Positions 23,715 through 39,451 are shown, counted from the stretch's first letter. The stretch: DNA of 64,000 nucleotides from Escherichia coli (GCF_048403405.1 NZ_CP183129.1), one strand, 5' to 3'. Made by a program: numbers and translations. Notes: generated from the letters alone by a model not told the origin.

Positions 23715-24830
23715 TCAGGCCGCCACTTCGGTGCGGTTACGTCCGGCTTTCTTTGCTTTGTAGAGCGCCAAATCTGCCGATTTCAACCACTCGCGATAGT
23801 GACTCATTTGTGGGTTCAGCGGCGCAACCCCCACACTAATCCGTAACATCACCTGCGGCGTATTCGGCAGGCGTAACGTATTTAATCCTTCATGCACTCG
23901 TAACATGGCGGTAATGGCGCTCTCAGCTGGCGTACCGGACATGATTACCGCAAACTCATCGCCGCCAAACCGACCAATCACATCGCTACCGCGCAGGGTT
24001 ATTTGTAATTGTCGGGTAAGCGCCACAATCGCTTCATCGCCCACATCATGGCCCCAGGTATCGTTGATGCTCTTGAAATGGTCGATATCGATAATCAGTA
24101 ATGTCGCATCGCGGTTATGCCGCCGACAGTTATCAAATTCATTGCGTAACATAGTTTCCCAATGACGTCGGTTATACACGCCCGTCATACCGTCGCGGGT
24201 ACTCATGACCTGCAACCTGCGTTTATGTTCCGCCAGTTTAGTCGCCGTCTGGTAGCTGACCCAGCCAAACAGCAGAGGATAAATGACGATAATGGGAAGG
24301 GAGAGCCACCATTCCAGCGGCGCACTATTGAACGACACGGTGATGCCCGTCAGTTCAAGGGTGACAAGACAGGAAACCACCATCAATACCAGACCCGCGA
24401 CAAACAGACGGGGGCCGCCTGCCCCCATCAAATTCAGACACATAATCATCAACATCGCGGTGGAAGGCAGCACGTTTACGCCCATTACGCCTACCCACAT
24501 TCCCGCTAATACTGCATCGGTTTTTAAGTTGTAAATTTCCCGGCTAAGCGGATCGACGGCCCTGCTCGCTATCTGCCAGGCTAAATGCGGCCAGACGAAC
24601 GCCCAGCCGACCAACACCAGCCACCACCAGCCCGGCGGCGGGTGCGAAACCAGCGTTGAAGCAATCGGTAAGAACATGCCAGCCAGGCCAACCGCGCGGG
24701 GTAGTCTGACGCGACGGGCGAAGCGCAGCCCGGATCGCTGATGTTCGTTTTGAGGAGTTAAAGGAGGTTCCTCCCCATGCGCCGCCGCTTTTTTGAAAAA
24801 GTTTTCATCATTCATTATTTTTGGGAACAT
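23715..24830 (-). CDS. dgcC: Diguanylate cyclase DgcC (AdrA/YaiC), MASE2 membrane domain plus GGDEF
   Basis: 371-aa ORF with N-terminal transmembrane segments and a C-terminal GGDEF domain (RFGGDEFAVIM). Confidence 0.94.
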   Translation of the reverse strand: MFPKIMNDENFFKKAAAHGEEPPLTPQNEHQRSGLRFARRVRLPRAVGLAGMFLPIASTLVSHPPPGWWWLVLVGWAFVWPHLAWQIASRAVDPLSREIYNLKTDAVLAGMWVGVMGVNVLPSTAMLMIMCLNLMGAGGPRLFVAGLVLMVVSCLVTLELTGITVSFNSAPLEWWLSLPIIVIYPLLFGWVSYQTATKLAEHKRRLQVMSTRDGMTGVYNRRHWETMLRNEFDNCRRHNRDATLLIIDIDHFKSINDTWGHDVGDEAIVALTRQLQITLRGSDVIGRFGGDEFAVIMSGTPAESAITAMLRVHEGLNTLRLPNTPQVMLRISVGVAPLNPQMSHYREWLKSADLALYKAKKAGRNRTEVAA

Positions 24831-24931
24831 TCAGAAACAATTTTCCCAAATTATAGAGACGGGGCTAAAGGCAGAAGTATGAAATTTCGGGTGAGCCATT
24901 TTCGTAGCTCACCCGTTAGCACTATCAGGTA

Positions 24932-25252
24932 TCAGGCGGCTTTCTTGAGGCAGGCGCTCATAAACTTATTACGATCATCACCTTTCAGAGATTGTTGCGT
25001 TGCTTGATTATTACATTCGCGCATCTTTTGCTGCTGTGGCGTCAAACTTTTTTCACCAGGCGCAGACTTGCTGTTCTTCAGGCAATCACTCATGTAGGTC
25101 TTACGAGCATCCCCTTTCAACGCCTGCGCCGTCGCCTGCTGATTACAGGAGGTCATACGCTGTTGTTGCGGGGTTAAGGTTCTCTCGGCAGCGCCGACGG
25201 TGGTTAAAAAAACCAGACCGAAAAGCAAGGTAACCAGTAATGTTATTTTCAT
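24932..25252 (-). CDS. psiF: Phosphate starvation-inducible protein PsiF
   Basis: Matches PsiF MKITLLVTLLFGLVFLTTVGAAERTLTPQQQRMTSCNQQA... with an internal duplication; start at the second Met (106 aa). Confidence 0.9.
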   Translation of the reverse strand: MKITLLVTLLFGLVFLTTVGAAERTLTPQQQRMTSCNQQATAQALKGDARKTYMSDCLKNSKSAPGEKSLTPQQQKMRECNNQATQQSLKGDDRNKFMSACLKKAA

Positions 25253-25325
25253 AGCACCATCCCTCTTCATGTTTTAACCATGAGCGTATGCGCCCGTGAT
25301 CTGCCATTAAGTCTGGTTGCTAACA

Positions 25326-25363
25326 GCAAAAAAACCACCCGGCAGCGAAAATTCACTGCCGGG
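25326..25363 (-). terminator. Rho-independent terminator 3' of phoA
   Basis: Minus strand reads cccggcagtgaattttcgctgccggg followed by TGGTTTTTTTGCTG. Confidence 0.65.
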
Positions 25364-25370
25364 CGCGGTT

Positions 25371-26786
25371 TTATTTCAGCCCCAGGGCGGCTTTCATGGT
25401 GTAGAAGAGATCGGTCTGGTCGGTTAGTCCAACAACATTGGCGGCATGCGGGCCATACGCCGCAATACGCAACTGACTGCCGGTATGTTCTTGTGAATCC
25501 TCTTCGGAGTTCCCGTAACTCATCACCATCACTGCGCCATCTTTGGTATTTAGTGCCTGGGTGAGGCCCGGCGCTTTGGTGTCCGGCGCGACAATCTGGC
25601 TGGCGTGGGCGTGATCAGCGGTGACTATGACCAGCGTGTTGCCATCCTTTTTAGCGAATTCCAGCGCACGTTGTACGGCTTCATCGAGATCGACCGTCTC
25701 GCCAATTTGCCCACAAGGATTCGCAGCGTGATCCTGTTTATCGATGGATGCACCTTCAACTTGCAGGAAAAAGCCTTTCTCATTTTTACTCAACAATTCA
25801 ATGGCTTTGTCGGTCATCTGCGCCAGGGTCGGTACGCTGTCATTACGTTGCGGATTAGGCGTACAGGTAACTGCGGGCTTGTCGATATTGCCGTGGTACG
25901 TTGCTTTCGGTCCTAGCCAGCGCACTGGCATATTGCCGTCAGCAAACAGGCCAAGCAGGGGTTTTTGCTGATTCGCTTCCGTCACCGCATTTAGCGATGC
26001 AGCATCACTCACCAGCTGATAACCACGCGCCTGTGCCTGTTCACGCAGCGTTTTTCCCTGCCATTCGCCAGCGGTTGCCGTTTCAGCAAAGGTTTTTGCG
26101 CCGCCGCCAAGCGTAACATCGGCACGGGCGTTAAGCAGCTGTTCGGTAATCGATCCTCTCCCGCCTTTTTCCAGAGCGTTATCCGGACATTTTTCACTGG
26201 TCGCGCTCGGACCGTAGCATTTGCGCGAGGTCACATGCGCCACCAGCGCGGCGGGCGTGGCATCCTGCAACTCTGCGGTAGAAACGTTACCGGTCGCCAG
26301 ACCTGCGGCTTTTGCCATTTCCAGAATCGTTGGGTGATCTTTTTCGTGAATATCGACGCCCAGCGCACCGTTATAGGTTTTGACACCAGTTGACCAGGCG
26401 GTTGCTGATGCAGCCGAGTCGGTAACGTAGTCCGGTTTGCCGGTTTTTTTATTCAGCGCATAGTGTGTGTATTGTCCGGTAAGCGGTAAGGCATCGATAC
26501 CTTTAAAAAAGCCGCCCGCACCTTCGGCATAATTGCGTGCAGCAGTAATTTCCGAGTCCCCCATCCCATCGCCAATCAGCAAAATAATATTTTTGGCAGG
26601 TTTATCGCTAAGAGAATCACGCAGAGCGGCGGTCTGATCACCCGTTAAGCGGCGAGCACCGCCGGGTGCAGTAATATCTCCCTGAGCAGCCCGGTTTTCC
26701 AGAACAGGCATTTCTGGTGTCCGGGCTTTTGTCACAGGGGTAAACAGTAACGGTAAGAGTGCCAGTGCAATAGTGCTTTGTTTCAC
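25371..26786 (-). CDS. phoA: Alkaline phosphatase
   Basis: Matches PhoA (V)[36 protein letters not shown]...; start assigned to the GTG (complement of 26784-26786) with an upstream GGAGAA, giving 471 aa. Confidence 0.96.
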   Translation of the reverse strand: MKQSTIALALLPLLFTPVTKARTPEMPVLENRAAQGDITAPGGARRLTGDQTAALRDSLSDKPAKNIILLIGDGMGDSEITAARNYAEGAGGFFKGIDALPLTGQYTHYALNKKTGKPDYVTDSAASATAWSTGVKTYNGALGVDIHEKDHPTILEMAKAAGLATGNVSTAELQDATPAALVAHVTSRKCYGPSATSEKCPDNALEKGGRGSITEQLLNARADVTLGGGAKTFAETATAGEWQGKTLREQAQARGYQLVSDAASLNAVTEANQQKPLLGLFADGNMPVRWLGPKATYHGNIDKPAVTCTPNPQRNDSVPTLAQMTDKAIELLSKNEKGFFLQVEGASIDKQDHAANPCGQIGETVDLDEAVQRALEFAKKDGNTLVIVTADHAHASQIVAPDTKAPGLTQALNTKDGAVMVMSYGNSEEDSQEHTGSQLRIAAYGPHAANVVGLTDQTDLFYTMKAALGLK

Positions 26787-26847
26787 TTTATTTTCTCCAT
26801 GTACAAATACATTAAAAAATAAAAACAAAGCGACTATAAGTCTCGGC

Positions 26848-26868
26848 CGTGACAGCTTTATGACAGCT
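26848..26868 (-). promoter_or_regulatory. Pho box of the phoA promoter
   Basis: Minus strand reads CTGTCATAAAGCTGTCAC about 60-80 bp upstream of the phoA start. Confidence 0.8.
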
Positions 26869-26886
26869 GTTGAAAAGATTAACTTT

Positions 26887-27147
26887 TTACTGACGAGGAT
26901 GCTTCAATAACTTCTTTACATAATTGCGCAGCAGCTCCGTAGCGTCGTCAGGAATGCTGGCATCGGGCTTTACCTCGTACAGCGCCCCCTCTACCTGATC
27001 AATCAACCTTTGTTGGTCATTTTGCGCCATATTGCGAAGCATTGCAGTGACGATAATCTCCAAAGCTTCTACCTGCGCGCACAGTTCTTTCGACTCTTCT
27101 TCTTTTTGGGCAAGCTTAAATAACAACTCAGCAATGAGATTTTTCAT
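26887..27147 (-). CDS. iraP: Anti-adaptor protein IraP (stabilises RpoS under phosphate starvation)
   Basis: 86-aa [40 protein letters not shown]... matches IraP (YaiB). Confidence 0.93.
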   Translation of the reverse strand: MKNLIAELLFKLAQKEEESKELCAQVEALEIIVTAMLRNMAQNDQQRLIDQVEGALYEVKPDASIPDDATELLRNYVKKLLKHPRQ

Positions 27148-27609
27148 GTCTGTATTTCCTTATCCAAAGTATGGAGAAGTTAACATTATGTTTCACAACT
27201 TCATAGTGTCTGGAAGTATTATTTTTATGACAAAGGAAATACTTTGCGCAAATATTTTTTGTTTGATTACCAGCGAAACGTTTCTCTTATTTTAATAATT
27301 ACCCACACAAAATATAGGCTTTTAATTATCAACCTTTATTATAAATAAAAGTTATGAAATATATTCTCTTCGTAAACTTATAATTAAGAGAAAAAAACTC
27401 ACTGCATGGCCATACAAGCCAGGAATAAATTAGCTTCCCGTTCATCATTTTTGTGATCTTGCGCACATCATTGAGATAACGCGCTTTCTTCACCAGTACG
27501 TTGCACGCTTTGTCAGCAGAAGATTGCAACATTCTGTCAGAAGGCCGCGAATCCCCCGTTTTGTCGTGGTAATGTATGCACTTTGTGTTAGACGGGATAG
27601 GTTTTTAAG

Positions 27610-28704
27610 ATGGAAAAACTGCGGGTAGGAATCGTTTTTGGTGGTAAATCAGCGGAACATGAAGTGTCTCTGCAATCGGCAAAAAACATTGTCGATGCCA
27701 TTGATAAAAGTCGCTTCGACGTTGTGCTGCTGGGCATTGATAAACAAGGGCAATGGCACGTCAGCGATGCCAGCAATTATCTGCTAAATGCAGACGATCC
27801 TGCCCATATTGCGTTGCGCCCTTCGGCGACCAGCCTTGCGCAGGTGCCTGGTAAACATGAACATCAGCTTATCGACGCGCAAAACGGTCAGCCGTTGCCG
27901 ACGGTGGATGTCATTTTCCCGATTGTCCACGGTACGCTGGGCGAAGATGGTTCCTTGCAGGGAATGCTGCGGGTCGCCAATTTACCGTTTGTAGGTTCTG
28001 ATGTTCTGGCTTCAGCGGCCTGTATGGATAAAGATGTCACCAAACGTCTGCTGCGCGATGCCGGGCTGAACATTGCGCCATTTATTACCCTGACGCGCGC
28101 TAATCGTCACAACATCAGTTTTGCCGAAGTGGAGTCTAAACTGGGGTTACCGCTGTTTGTAAAACCGGCTAATCAGGGCTCTTCTGTTGGTGTCAGCAAA
28201 GTAACCAGTGAAGAACAGTACGCAATTGCCGTCGATCTGGCGTTCGAGTTCGACCATAAAGTGATCGTTGAGCAAGGGATCAAAGGTCGTGAGATCGAAT
28301 GCGCAGTTCTGGGCAACGACAATCCGCAAGCCAGCACCTGTGGCGAGATCGTACTCACCAGCGATTTTTATGCCTACGACACCAAGTACATTGACGAAGA
28401 TGGCGCGAAAGTGGTAGTTCCGGCAGCCATTGCGCCAGAAATCAACGATAAGATCCGGGCGATTGCCGTTCAGGCTTATCAGACGTTGGGATGCGCAGGC
28501 ATGGCGCGTGTAGACGTGTTTTTAACCCCAGAGAACGAAGTGGTGATCAACGAGATCAACACACTGCCTGGTTTCACCAACATCAGTATGTATCCGAAGC
28601 TGTGGCAAGCCAGCGGTCTGGGTTACACCGACCTGATCACCCGTTTGATTGAGCTGGCGCTGGAGCGTCACGCTGCGGATAACGCATTGAAAACCACAAT
28701 GTAA
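27610..28704 (+). CDS. ddlA: D-alanine--D-alanine ligase A
   Basis: 364-aa [53 protein letters not shown]... matches DdlA. Confidence 0.96.
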   Translation: MEKLRVGIVFGGKSAEHEVSLQSAKNIVDAIDKSRFDVVLLGIDKQGQWHVSDASNYLLNADDPAHIALRPSATSLAQVPGKHEHQLIDAQNGQPLPTVDVIFPIVHGTLGEDGSLQGMLRVANLPFVGSDVLASAACMDKDVTKRLLRDAGLNIAPFITLTRANRHNISFAEVESKLGLPLFVKPANQGSSVGVSKVTSEEQYAIAVDLAFEFDHKVIVEQGIKGREIECAVLGNDNPQASTCGEIVLTSDFYAYDTKYIDEDGAKVVVPAAIAPEINDKIRAIAVQAYQTLGCAGMARVDVFLTPENEVVINEINTLPGFTNISMYPKLWQASGLGYTDLITRLIELALERHAADNALKTTM

Positions 28705-28708
28705 TATT

Positions 28709-28744
28709 TAAACGCCCGATAATATTCTTATTGGGCGTTTTCAG
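28709..28744. terminator. Bidirectional hairpin terminator between ddlA and yaiZ
   Basis: aaacgcccgataa-tattc-ttattgggcgttt followed by T-rich sequence on the plus strand; overlaps the 3' end of yaiZ. Confidence 0.6.
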
Positions 28745-28940
28745 TTTCTTCATCGCGACGACGAATAATCAGCCCCGCCAGCCAGAAACTAATCACCCAC
28801 GTCACCAGACCGACGGCATAGGTCTGCCAACCTTTTGCTTCAAATCCCAGTAACCCCACCACGCCATTAAGAATGAATATAAGGCCAATGGCGAACGCAT
28901 AGTAGTGCCAGTCACGGCGGATTTTTACAGGCAAGTTCAT
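28728..28940 (-). CDS. yaiZ: Small inner-membrane protein YaiZ (DUF2754)
   Basis: Start placed at the internal Met to give the 70-aa protein MNLPVKIRRDWHYYAFAIGLIFILNGVVGLLGFEAKGW... with two predicted transmembrane helices. Confidence 0.8.
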   Translation of the reverse strand: MNLPVKIRRDWHYYAFAIGLIFILNGVVGLLGFEAKGWQTYAVGLVTWVISFWLAGLIIRRRDEETENAQ

Positions 28941-29199
28941 GGCAGCTCCGTTAACGAAAAACAACATCCTTGCATATTCTGCAACATCCGTCTGTGGCGT
29001 AGACAACATTTCCGTAATTGTTAATAAATTTAACTTAAGGTTGTCATTTTGTGACTTACGACGAAGATTCACGCTTCGGGAATATTCCCAACATCAATTT
29101 ACCATGATTCTGATATTGACAATCTTAATGACCTGTCAGACTTGCCATAAGCCGCTGGTATCACACCAGAAGAGAAGCAGATGACTTCCGGAGGTTTTT

Positions 29200-29508
29200 A
29201 TGGCTGATTTCACCCTGTCAAAATCGCTGTTTAGCGGAAAATATCGCAATGCCTCTTCAACGCCTGGCAACATTGCCTATGCGTTGTTTGTGCTGTTTTG
29301 CTTTTGGGCTGGGGCGCAATTGCTGAACCTGTTAGTGCATGCGCCCGGCGTCTATGAGCGCTTAATGCAGGTCCAGGAAACAGGTCGCCCACGGGTGGAA
29401 ATTGGTTTAGGTGTCGGCACCATTTTCGGGCTGATCCCGTTTTTAGTAGGCTGCCTCATTTTTGCAGTAGTGGCGCTATGGCTGCACTGGCGACATCGCC
29501 GCCAGTAA
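29200..29508 (+). CDS. yaiY: Inner-membrane protein YaiY (DUF2755)
   Basis: 102-aa hydrophobic [45 protein letters not shown]...; divergent from yaiZ. Confidence 0.88.
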
Positions 29509-29565
29509 GATTTACTTGCCAGATAGGACCTAAAACGCTTTATCTGGCATGACATTCCTGTTTGA

Positions 29566-30660
29566 TCACTGTTTCATACAACGCGCCCGCCGTTCGTCTA
29601 CGCGCTTCGCAAACCAGGCCGTAGTCAGGTTGCGGGTGATTTTCGGGCTTTCCAGTTGAATGCCAGGCAACATTTCGCGGGGTAGTGATTTACCCGTTTT
29701 CGCTTCGGCAAGTTGATAAACTTTCTTGTACAGCGCCGTCTCCTCAAAAGAGAAGCTGTCCCCTTTCTCTAACTGGCGGCGAATTTCACTGTCACTCATC
29801 CCCAGTTTTCCCGCCAGTTTGCGCGTTGCCAGTTCGGTTTTCCCGGGCTCTTTACTGTCGTAACGAATTAAATCACCGTCCAGTGCCAGCTTCACGCCGC
29901 TGGCTTTACTGACCGCGTTCTGAAACGCGGCATTACGGCTGGCGTACCAGCCAGCGTTAAAATCAGCAAAACGGTATATCGGCGCGCTATAGCTGGCGGG
30001 ATAATTCAGTAAATGGTAAGTACCAAACCACAACCCGCCGCGACGACTGAAGACTTCCTGACGGACTGTACCGTCCATTTTCCACGGATACCCTTTGGTA
30101 TGCTGTTCGGCAAAGGCAATGCTGACCTGCATCGGCCCACCGGTGCGCACCGGATTAAGCGAACCAAACAACGTCTGCCCCATTGGCACCATGCTGATCA
30201 GATCGTCAAAAATCGCGCTCAATTGCTTTTCTGTACGCACCGAATCTAACCGTTCGCTATAGCTTTTGCCGTTTGGCGATTTGATTTTTAGCGCGGTATG
30301 CACCAGAAAAGCAGGAATGTGCATCCGTTCAGCACGACGGTCAATCTCTTGCCAGGCGATCTTGCTTAAGCCCGGAACGGCTGGATCTGCCTGATAATTT
30401 GACTCCTGCTGCGCCACCGCCAGCACCGAGCAGACGTTTTCCAGCGTCGGTGCCAGCCCCTGACTTTCAAACGTGGTGGCGAGATCTTTCGCCCAGGCAT
30501 CGCGGTCTTTCACGCTCGCAGGCATCTTCTGCCGCACGACGCTCGCCACATCTATCGCTTTTTCGCCCTTTTTCAACGGTTGCGGAGCCTGACTACTACA
30601 CCCCGCTAAAACCAGAACCGCCAACAATGACAGCGAAGATAGATGATTGACGCGCGACAT
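29566..30660 (-). CDS. yaiW: Outer-membrane lipoprotein YaiW
   Basis: 364-aa ORF with lipoprotein signal MSRVNHLSSLSLLAVLVLAGCSS (lipobox LAGC); lies immediately downstream of sbmA. Confidence 0.92.
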   Translation of the reverse strand: MSRVNHLSSLSLLAVLVLAGCSSQAPQPLKKGEKAIDVASVVRQKMPASVKDRDAWAKDLATTFESQGLAPTLENVCSVLAVAQQESNYQADPAVPGLSKIAWQEIDRRAERMHIPAFLVHTALKIKSPNGKSYSERLDSVRTEKQLSAIFDDLISMVPMGQTLFGSLNPVRTGGPMQVSIAFAEQHTKGYPWKMDGTVRQEVFSRRGGLWFGTYHLLNYPASYSAPIYRFADFNAGWYASRNAAFQNAVSKASGVKLALDGDLIRYDSKEPGKTELATRKLAGKLGMSDSEIRRQLEKGDSFSFEETALYKKVYQLAEAKTGKSLPREMLPGIQLESPKITRNLTTAWFAKRVDERRARCMKQ

Positions 30661-30672
30661 TACTTCTCCTTT

Positions 30673-31893
30673 TTAGCTCAAGGTATGGGTTACTTCCTGA
30701 ATTTTGTCACCATCCAGCTCATGTTCAAAGCTGCGCAGACGTTTGTAGATAGACATCAACTCAACCAGTGTGGTCCATGAGTTAATCAGGTACTGGAAAG
30801 CTCCGCGAACCTGACCAAAAACGTTGGTAATCTGCGTCATCAGGCCGAGCGTAATCGTACCGGCAACAATTGACGGAAACAGCAAGAACAAACCGAAAAC
30901 GTTATCGACCTGCAAATAGAGAATGCGGGCGATGTTGAAATACATATAGTGAAAATAGAGGCGGAAATAGTTTTTCCGTACGGCGCTAAACAGCTCGCGT
31001 ACCGTAGGCGGCGTCGCGCGCGTGGCATCGTCTTCACCATAAACCAGCTCTTTACGGTAGGCAGCCTCTACACGCTGGTTTTTAAACTCCAGCCCCGGCA
31101 GTTTGATCCCTACCACTGCCAGTAATCCGGTCCCCATCAGCGACCAGACGATAGCGGCAATCACCAGACCATACGGAATGTGCCCGACAATCGGCAGCTC
31201 CGGCACATGCGCGGAGAGCGTGACCAGCACCGGCAGGAAGGCGATCAACGTCATGATAGCGTTGATAAAGCTGACGCCCATATTCTCCAGCGTTGAAGCA
31301 AAACGCATGGTGTCTTCCTGCACGCGTTGGGCGGCACCTTCGATATGACGCAGTTGTTGCCAGTTCGCCATGTAATATTCGTTCATCGCTGTACGCCAGC
31401 GGAACACGTAGTGACTGACAAAGAAGTTGTTCAGCACACTGATCACTACCGCGATCAGCGCAATCCCCAGAAAGACGCCCACTTCGCGGTAAAATTGTTC
31501 GATGGTGACTTTATGCGGCGAACTTAGCGCGGTTTGAATCAGATCATAGAACGGCGCATACCAGGCGTTGACGGCGACCCCGACTTCCACCAAAAACCAG
31601 GTGACGAAGATGATCAGTGCAGTACCGAGTATTGACCAATATTGCCAACGATGCGGGCTGTAGATAAACCAGAACAATGCAAAAAGTCCTACGCAAACAA
31701 TGTAGTAAGCGTAAAAAATCAGGAAATCTAACGACCAGAAACGCGCGGCGCTAATCGGGATCTGCCCGGAAGCTCCGGTGATACGCGCCACCCAGTCACC
31801 CCCACCTGCTTGCCAGAAGATAACGGCAATCAATGCCCAAACAAAGGCCGAGAGAAAAAACGGTCCCGGCTTTGGGAAAAAAGACTTAAACAT
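30673..31893 (-). CDS. sbmA: Peptide antibiotic / antimicrobial peptide importer SbmA
   Basis: Matches Sbm[32 protein letters not shown]...; start at the second Met (406 aa). Confidence 0.94.
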   Translation of the reverse strand: MFKSFFPKPGPFFLSAFVWALIAVIFWQAGGGDWVARITGASGQIPISAARFWSLDFLIFYAYYIVCVGLFALFWFIYSPHRWQYWSILGTALIIFVTWFLVEVGVAVNAWYAPFYDLIQTALSSPHKVTIEQFYREVGVFLGIALIAVVISVLNNFFVSHYVFRWRTAMNEYYMANWQQLRHIEGAAQRVQEDTMRFASTLENMGVSFINAIMTLIAFLPVLVTLSAHVPELPIVGHIPYGLVIAAIVWSLMGTGLLAVVGIKLPGLEFKNQRVEAAYRKELVYGEDDATRATPPTVRELFSAVRKNYFRLYFHYMYFNIARILYLQVDNVFGLFLLFPSIVAGTITLGLMTQITNVFGQVRGAFQYLINSWTTLVELMSIYKRLRSFEHELDGDKIQEVTHTLS

Positions 31894-32244
31894 ATGCACT
31901 CCTGCTAACTTCTTATCGTTTTAACAACTGCTGTGTATTAACCGCATGACCGCTACAAAGCGTCAGCCAAATGAAACCGCCCATTGTGACCCATAGCAAG
32001 GCGCTTAGTTCGCCAGCCTGAGCATAAGAATTGTTTCGACGGATTTCACAAACCAAAGATTGTTTACATAATCGGATTAACACGCGCAGGATCACAAATG
32101 CAGGCATTGGTGAGCAGGAAAAAGATCGTGTTTACGCGCCGTTACGTTTTTAACACTATTATTGCACTAATTCGCCCTTTGCAATCCATCAATGAGTAGT
32201 ATAAATACGCTCAGTTACCTTCATTCAATCTATGGACACCACCG

Positions 32245-33402
32245 TTGAAACGTAGTCTGCTTTTTTCTGCCGTGCTGTGTGCGGCGTCATTGACCTCCGT
32301 CCATGCGGCGCAGCCGATCACTGAACCGGAGTTCGCCTCTGATATTGTCGATCGTTATGCCGATCATATTTTTTACGGCAGCGGTGCCACGGGGATGGCG
32401 CTGGTTGTTATCGACGGTAACCAGCGCGTCTTTCGCAGTTATGGCGAAACGCGACCTGGTAATAACGTTCGCCCGCAGCTGGATTCGGTCATACGTATTG
32501 CTTCCCTCACCAAGCTAATGACCAGTGAGATGCTGGTGAAATTGCTCGACCAGGGGACCGTGAAGTTAAACGATCCGCTAAGTAAATATGCTCCGCCAGG
32601 CGCACGCGTGCCAACCTACAATGGGACGCCCATTACGCTGGTGAATCTGGCAACCCATACCAGCGCCCTGCCCCGTGAACAGCCCGGTGGCGCGGCACAT
32701 CGTCCGGTATTTGTCTGGCCAACGCGCGAGCAACGCTGGAAATACCTTTCCACTGCCAAACTAAAAGCCGCGCCGGGCAGCCAGGCCGCGTACTCCAACC
32801 TCGCATTCGATCTGCTGGCAGATGCACTGGCGAATGCGTCCGGCAAGCCTTATACCCAGTTGTTTGAAGAGCAGATTACCCGTCCATTGGGGATGAAAGA
32901 CACCACCTACACCCCCTCGCCGGACCAGTGCCGCCGTTTAATGGTTGCAGAGCGCGGTGCCAGTCCATGCAATAACACGCTGGCGGCAATTGGCAGCGGC
33001 GGCGTCTATTCCACGCCTGGCGATATGATGCGCTGGATGCAGCAGTATTTGTCATCTGATTTTTATCAGCGCAGTAACCAGGCTGATCGCATGCAGACGT
33101 TGATTTATCAGCGAGCGCAGTTTACAAAAGTGATTGGCATGGATGTCCCCGGCAAAGCGGATGCGCTTGGTTTAGGCTGGGTATATATGGCCCCGAAAGA
33201 GGGTCGTCCAGGGATTATTCAGAAGACAGGTGGTGGTGGCGGTTTCATTACCTATATGGCGATGATCCCGCAGAAGAACATTGGCGCATTTGTGGTGGTC
33301 ACTCGTTCGCCATTGACGCGCTTTAAAAATATGAGCGATGGCATCAATGACCTGGTGACCGAACTGAGCGGGAATAAACCGTTGGTCATCCCCGCGTCCT
33401 GA
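32245..33402 (+). CDS. ampH: Penicillin-binding protein AmpH (class C beta-lactamase-like DD-peptidase)
   Basis: 385-aa ORF with signal peptide and SxxK motif (IASLTKLMTS). Confidence 0.95.
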   Translation: MKRSLLFSAVLCAASLTSVHAAQPITEPEFASDIVDRYADHIFYGSGATGMALVVIDGNQRVFRSYGETRPGNNVRPQLDSVIRIASLTKLMTSEMLVKLLDQGTVKLNDPLSKYAPPGARVPTYNGTPITLVNLATHTSALPREQPGGAAHRPVFVWPTREQRWKYLSTAKLKAAPGSQAAYSNLAFDLLADALANASGKPYTQLFEEQITRPLGMKDTTYTPSPDQCRRLMVAERGASPCNNTLAAIGSGGVYSTPGDMMRWMQQYLSSDFYQRSNQADRMQTLIYQRAQFTKVIGMDVPGKADALGLGWVYMAPKEGRPGIIQKTGGGGGFITYMAMIPQKNIGAFVVVTRSPLTRFKNMSDGINDLVTELSGNKPLVIPAS

Positions 33403-34085
<683 letters not shown>

Positions 34086-34099
34086 AACCTATTTCTTCA

Positions 34100-37060
<2,961 letters not shown>

Positions 37061-37585
37061 TTGTCATCCCTCCTCAGGGACGTAATAAGTTGATCCATCA
37101 ATTATCAATGCATAGAAAACATATTATGTTTCGCGTTGACGATTATGCGGCGTTATAGAGGAATGGTTCAATTATTCTTTCCCCTAAGTCCGATTGCGGA
37201 CATATATAAAGCACGTGAACACACACACAGAAAGAAATAACAAAAACACAATATTTCAATACGTTAATGAAAGCGTTAATTTTAAAACATAGACCATGAA
37301 AATATAAAACAACTAAAACAGACAAATAATGTATCAATAAGCAATGAACTTTAAGTTATTCGCTTTTTGAAAACGTCACCAAATCCCCAAAAACAATAAT
37401 CTATGGCTATAAATAAAAATTAAAAATATTTTCAGTGAATATGAAATTATTGCTATTTCTTTTACAAAGATGTCCTGGCCTCTCTTCCATTCTCTTCTTG
37501 TCAACATCGCGACAACTTTCGTAAAACATCCCCACCCTGCTTCAGGTATACTATGCCCCTCGATTCCACAAACATCAGGCAGACC

Positions 37586-38560
37586 ATGACAGACTTAATC
37601 CAACGCCCTCGTCGCCTGCGCAAATCTCCTGCGCTGCGCGCTATGTTTGAAGAGACAACACTTAGCCTTAACGACCTGGTGTTGCCGATCTTTGTTGAAG
37701 AAGAAATTGACGACTACAAAGCCGTTGAAGCCATGCCAGGCGTGATGCGCATTCCAGAGAAACATCTGGCACGCGAAATTGAACGCATCGCCAACGCCGG
37801 TATTCGTTCCGTAATGACTTTCGGCATCTCTCACCATACCGATGAAACCGGCAGCGACGCCTGGCGGGAAGATGGACTGGTGGCGCGTATGTCGCGCATC
37901 TGCAAGCAGACTGTGCCAGAAATGATCGTCATGTCAGACACTTGTTTCTGTGAATACACTTCTCACGGTCACTGCGGTGTGCTGTGCGAGCATGGCGTCG
38001 ACAACGACGCGACTCTGGAAAATTTAGGCAAGCAAGCCGTGGTTGCAGCTGCTGCAGGCGCAGACTTCATCGCCCCTTCCGCCGCGATGGACGGCCAGGT
38101 ACAGGCAATTCGCCAGGCGCTGGACGCTGCGGGCTTTAAAGACACGGCGATTATGTCGTATTCGACCAAGTTCGCCTCCTCCTTTTATGGCCCGTTCCGT
38201 GAAGCTGCCGGCAGCGCATTAAAAGGCGACCGCAAAAGCTATCAGATGAACCCAATGAACCGTCGTGAGGCGATTCGTGAGTCACTGCTGGATGAAGCCC
38301 AGGGCGCAGACTGCCTGATGGTGAAACCAGCTGGAGCGTACCTCGACATCGTGCGTGAGCTGCGTGAACGTACTGAATTGCCGATTGGCGCGTATCAGGT
38401 GAGCGGTGAGTATGCGATGATTAAGTTCGCCGCGCTGGCGGGTGCTATAGATGAAGAGAAAGTCGTGCTCGAAAGCTTAGGTTCGATTAAGCGTGCGGGT
38501 GCGGATCTGATTTTCAGCTACTTTGCGCTGGATTTGGCTGAGAAGAAGATTCTGCGTTAA
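37586..38560 (+). CDS. hemB: Porphobilinogen synthase (delta-aminolevulinic acid dehydratase)
   Basis: Matches Hem[40 protein letters not shown]...; start at the ATG at 37586 (324 aa). Confidence 0.95.
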
Positions 38561-38599
38561 TGTTCATTATGCCGGGTTATCCAACCCGGCATTTCCCCC

Positions 38600-39451
38600 T
38601 TACCCCGCCCGATAAAACGGTTTATCCCCAAGGATCGTCGCCCGATGCATAATCCGCCGCTGTGGCAGGTAATCCGCATTGGCATAGTGCTGAGTCACGC
38701 GATTATCCCAAATCGCAATATCATTCGGTTGCCAGCGCCAGCGCACCTGAAACTCCGGTTTGGTGATATGGGCAAACAAAAAACTTAACAAGGCTTCGCT
38801 CTCTTTCTCGCTGACATCAACAATTCGCGTAGTAAAGCCTTCATTCACAAACAGCGCCTGTTTACCGCTCACCGGATGCGTTCGCACCACCGGATGTAGC
38901 AACGGCGGGTTTTTCGCGACCGCCTCGCGCCAGCGTTGATGCTCCTCCTCGGTTTTGCGGTATTTGTATTCCGGGAACGATTTACGGAAATCATGCTCCG
39001 CACGCAGCCCGCTCAGCAGTTGGCGGAAGGGAACAGAGAGCGCCTCATAGGCCGCAATACCGCTGGTCCAGAGCGTATCGCCGCCGGTCGAGGGTAACTC
39101 TTTTGCCGCCAGAATCGCCCCTGCGGGTGGCGTTTCAATAAATGTCACATCGGTATGCCAGTTGTCGTTATCCGGCGGATTATCGTTATGAGTATCCAGC
39201 ACGATGATCTCGTCAACCCCTTCGGCATGAGGGTAAACAGGGTGAATATGCAGTTCGCCAAAACGCTGGGCCAGCGCGCGTTGCTGCTGCGGCGTAATAG
39301 CTTGATCGCGCAGAAACACCACCTGATGGCGCAGCACCGCATGGTAAAGCTGTTCAAACTGATTATCGCTTAACGGGCGCGTCAGGTCGGCACCCGAAAT
39401 TTGTGCGCCAATATACGGCCCCAGCGGGGTAATGCTCAGACGTTCACTCAT
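38600..39451 (-). CDS. tauD: Taurine dioxygenase (alpha-ketoglutarate dependent)
   Basis: 283-aa [43 protein letters not shown]... matches TauD; last gene of tauABCD. Confidence 0.96.
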
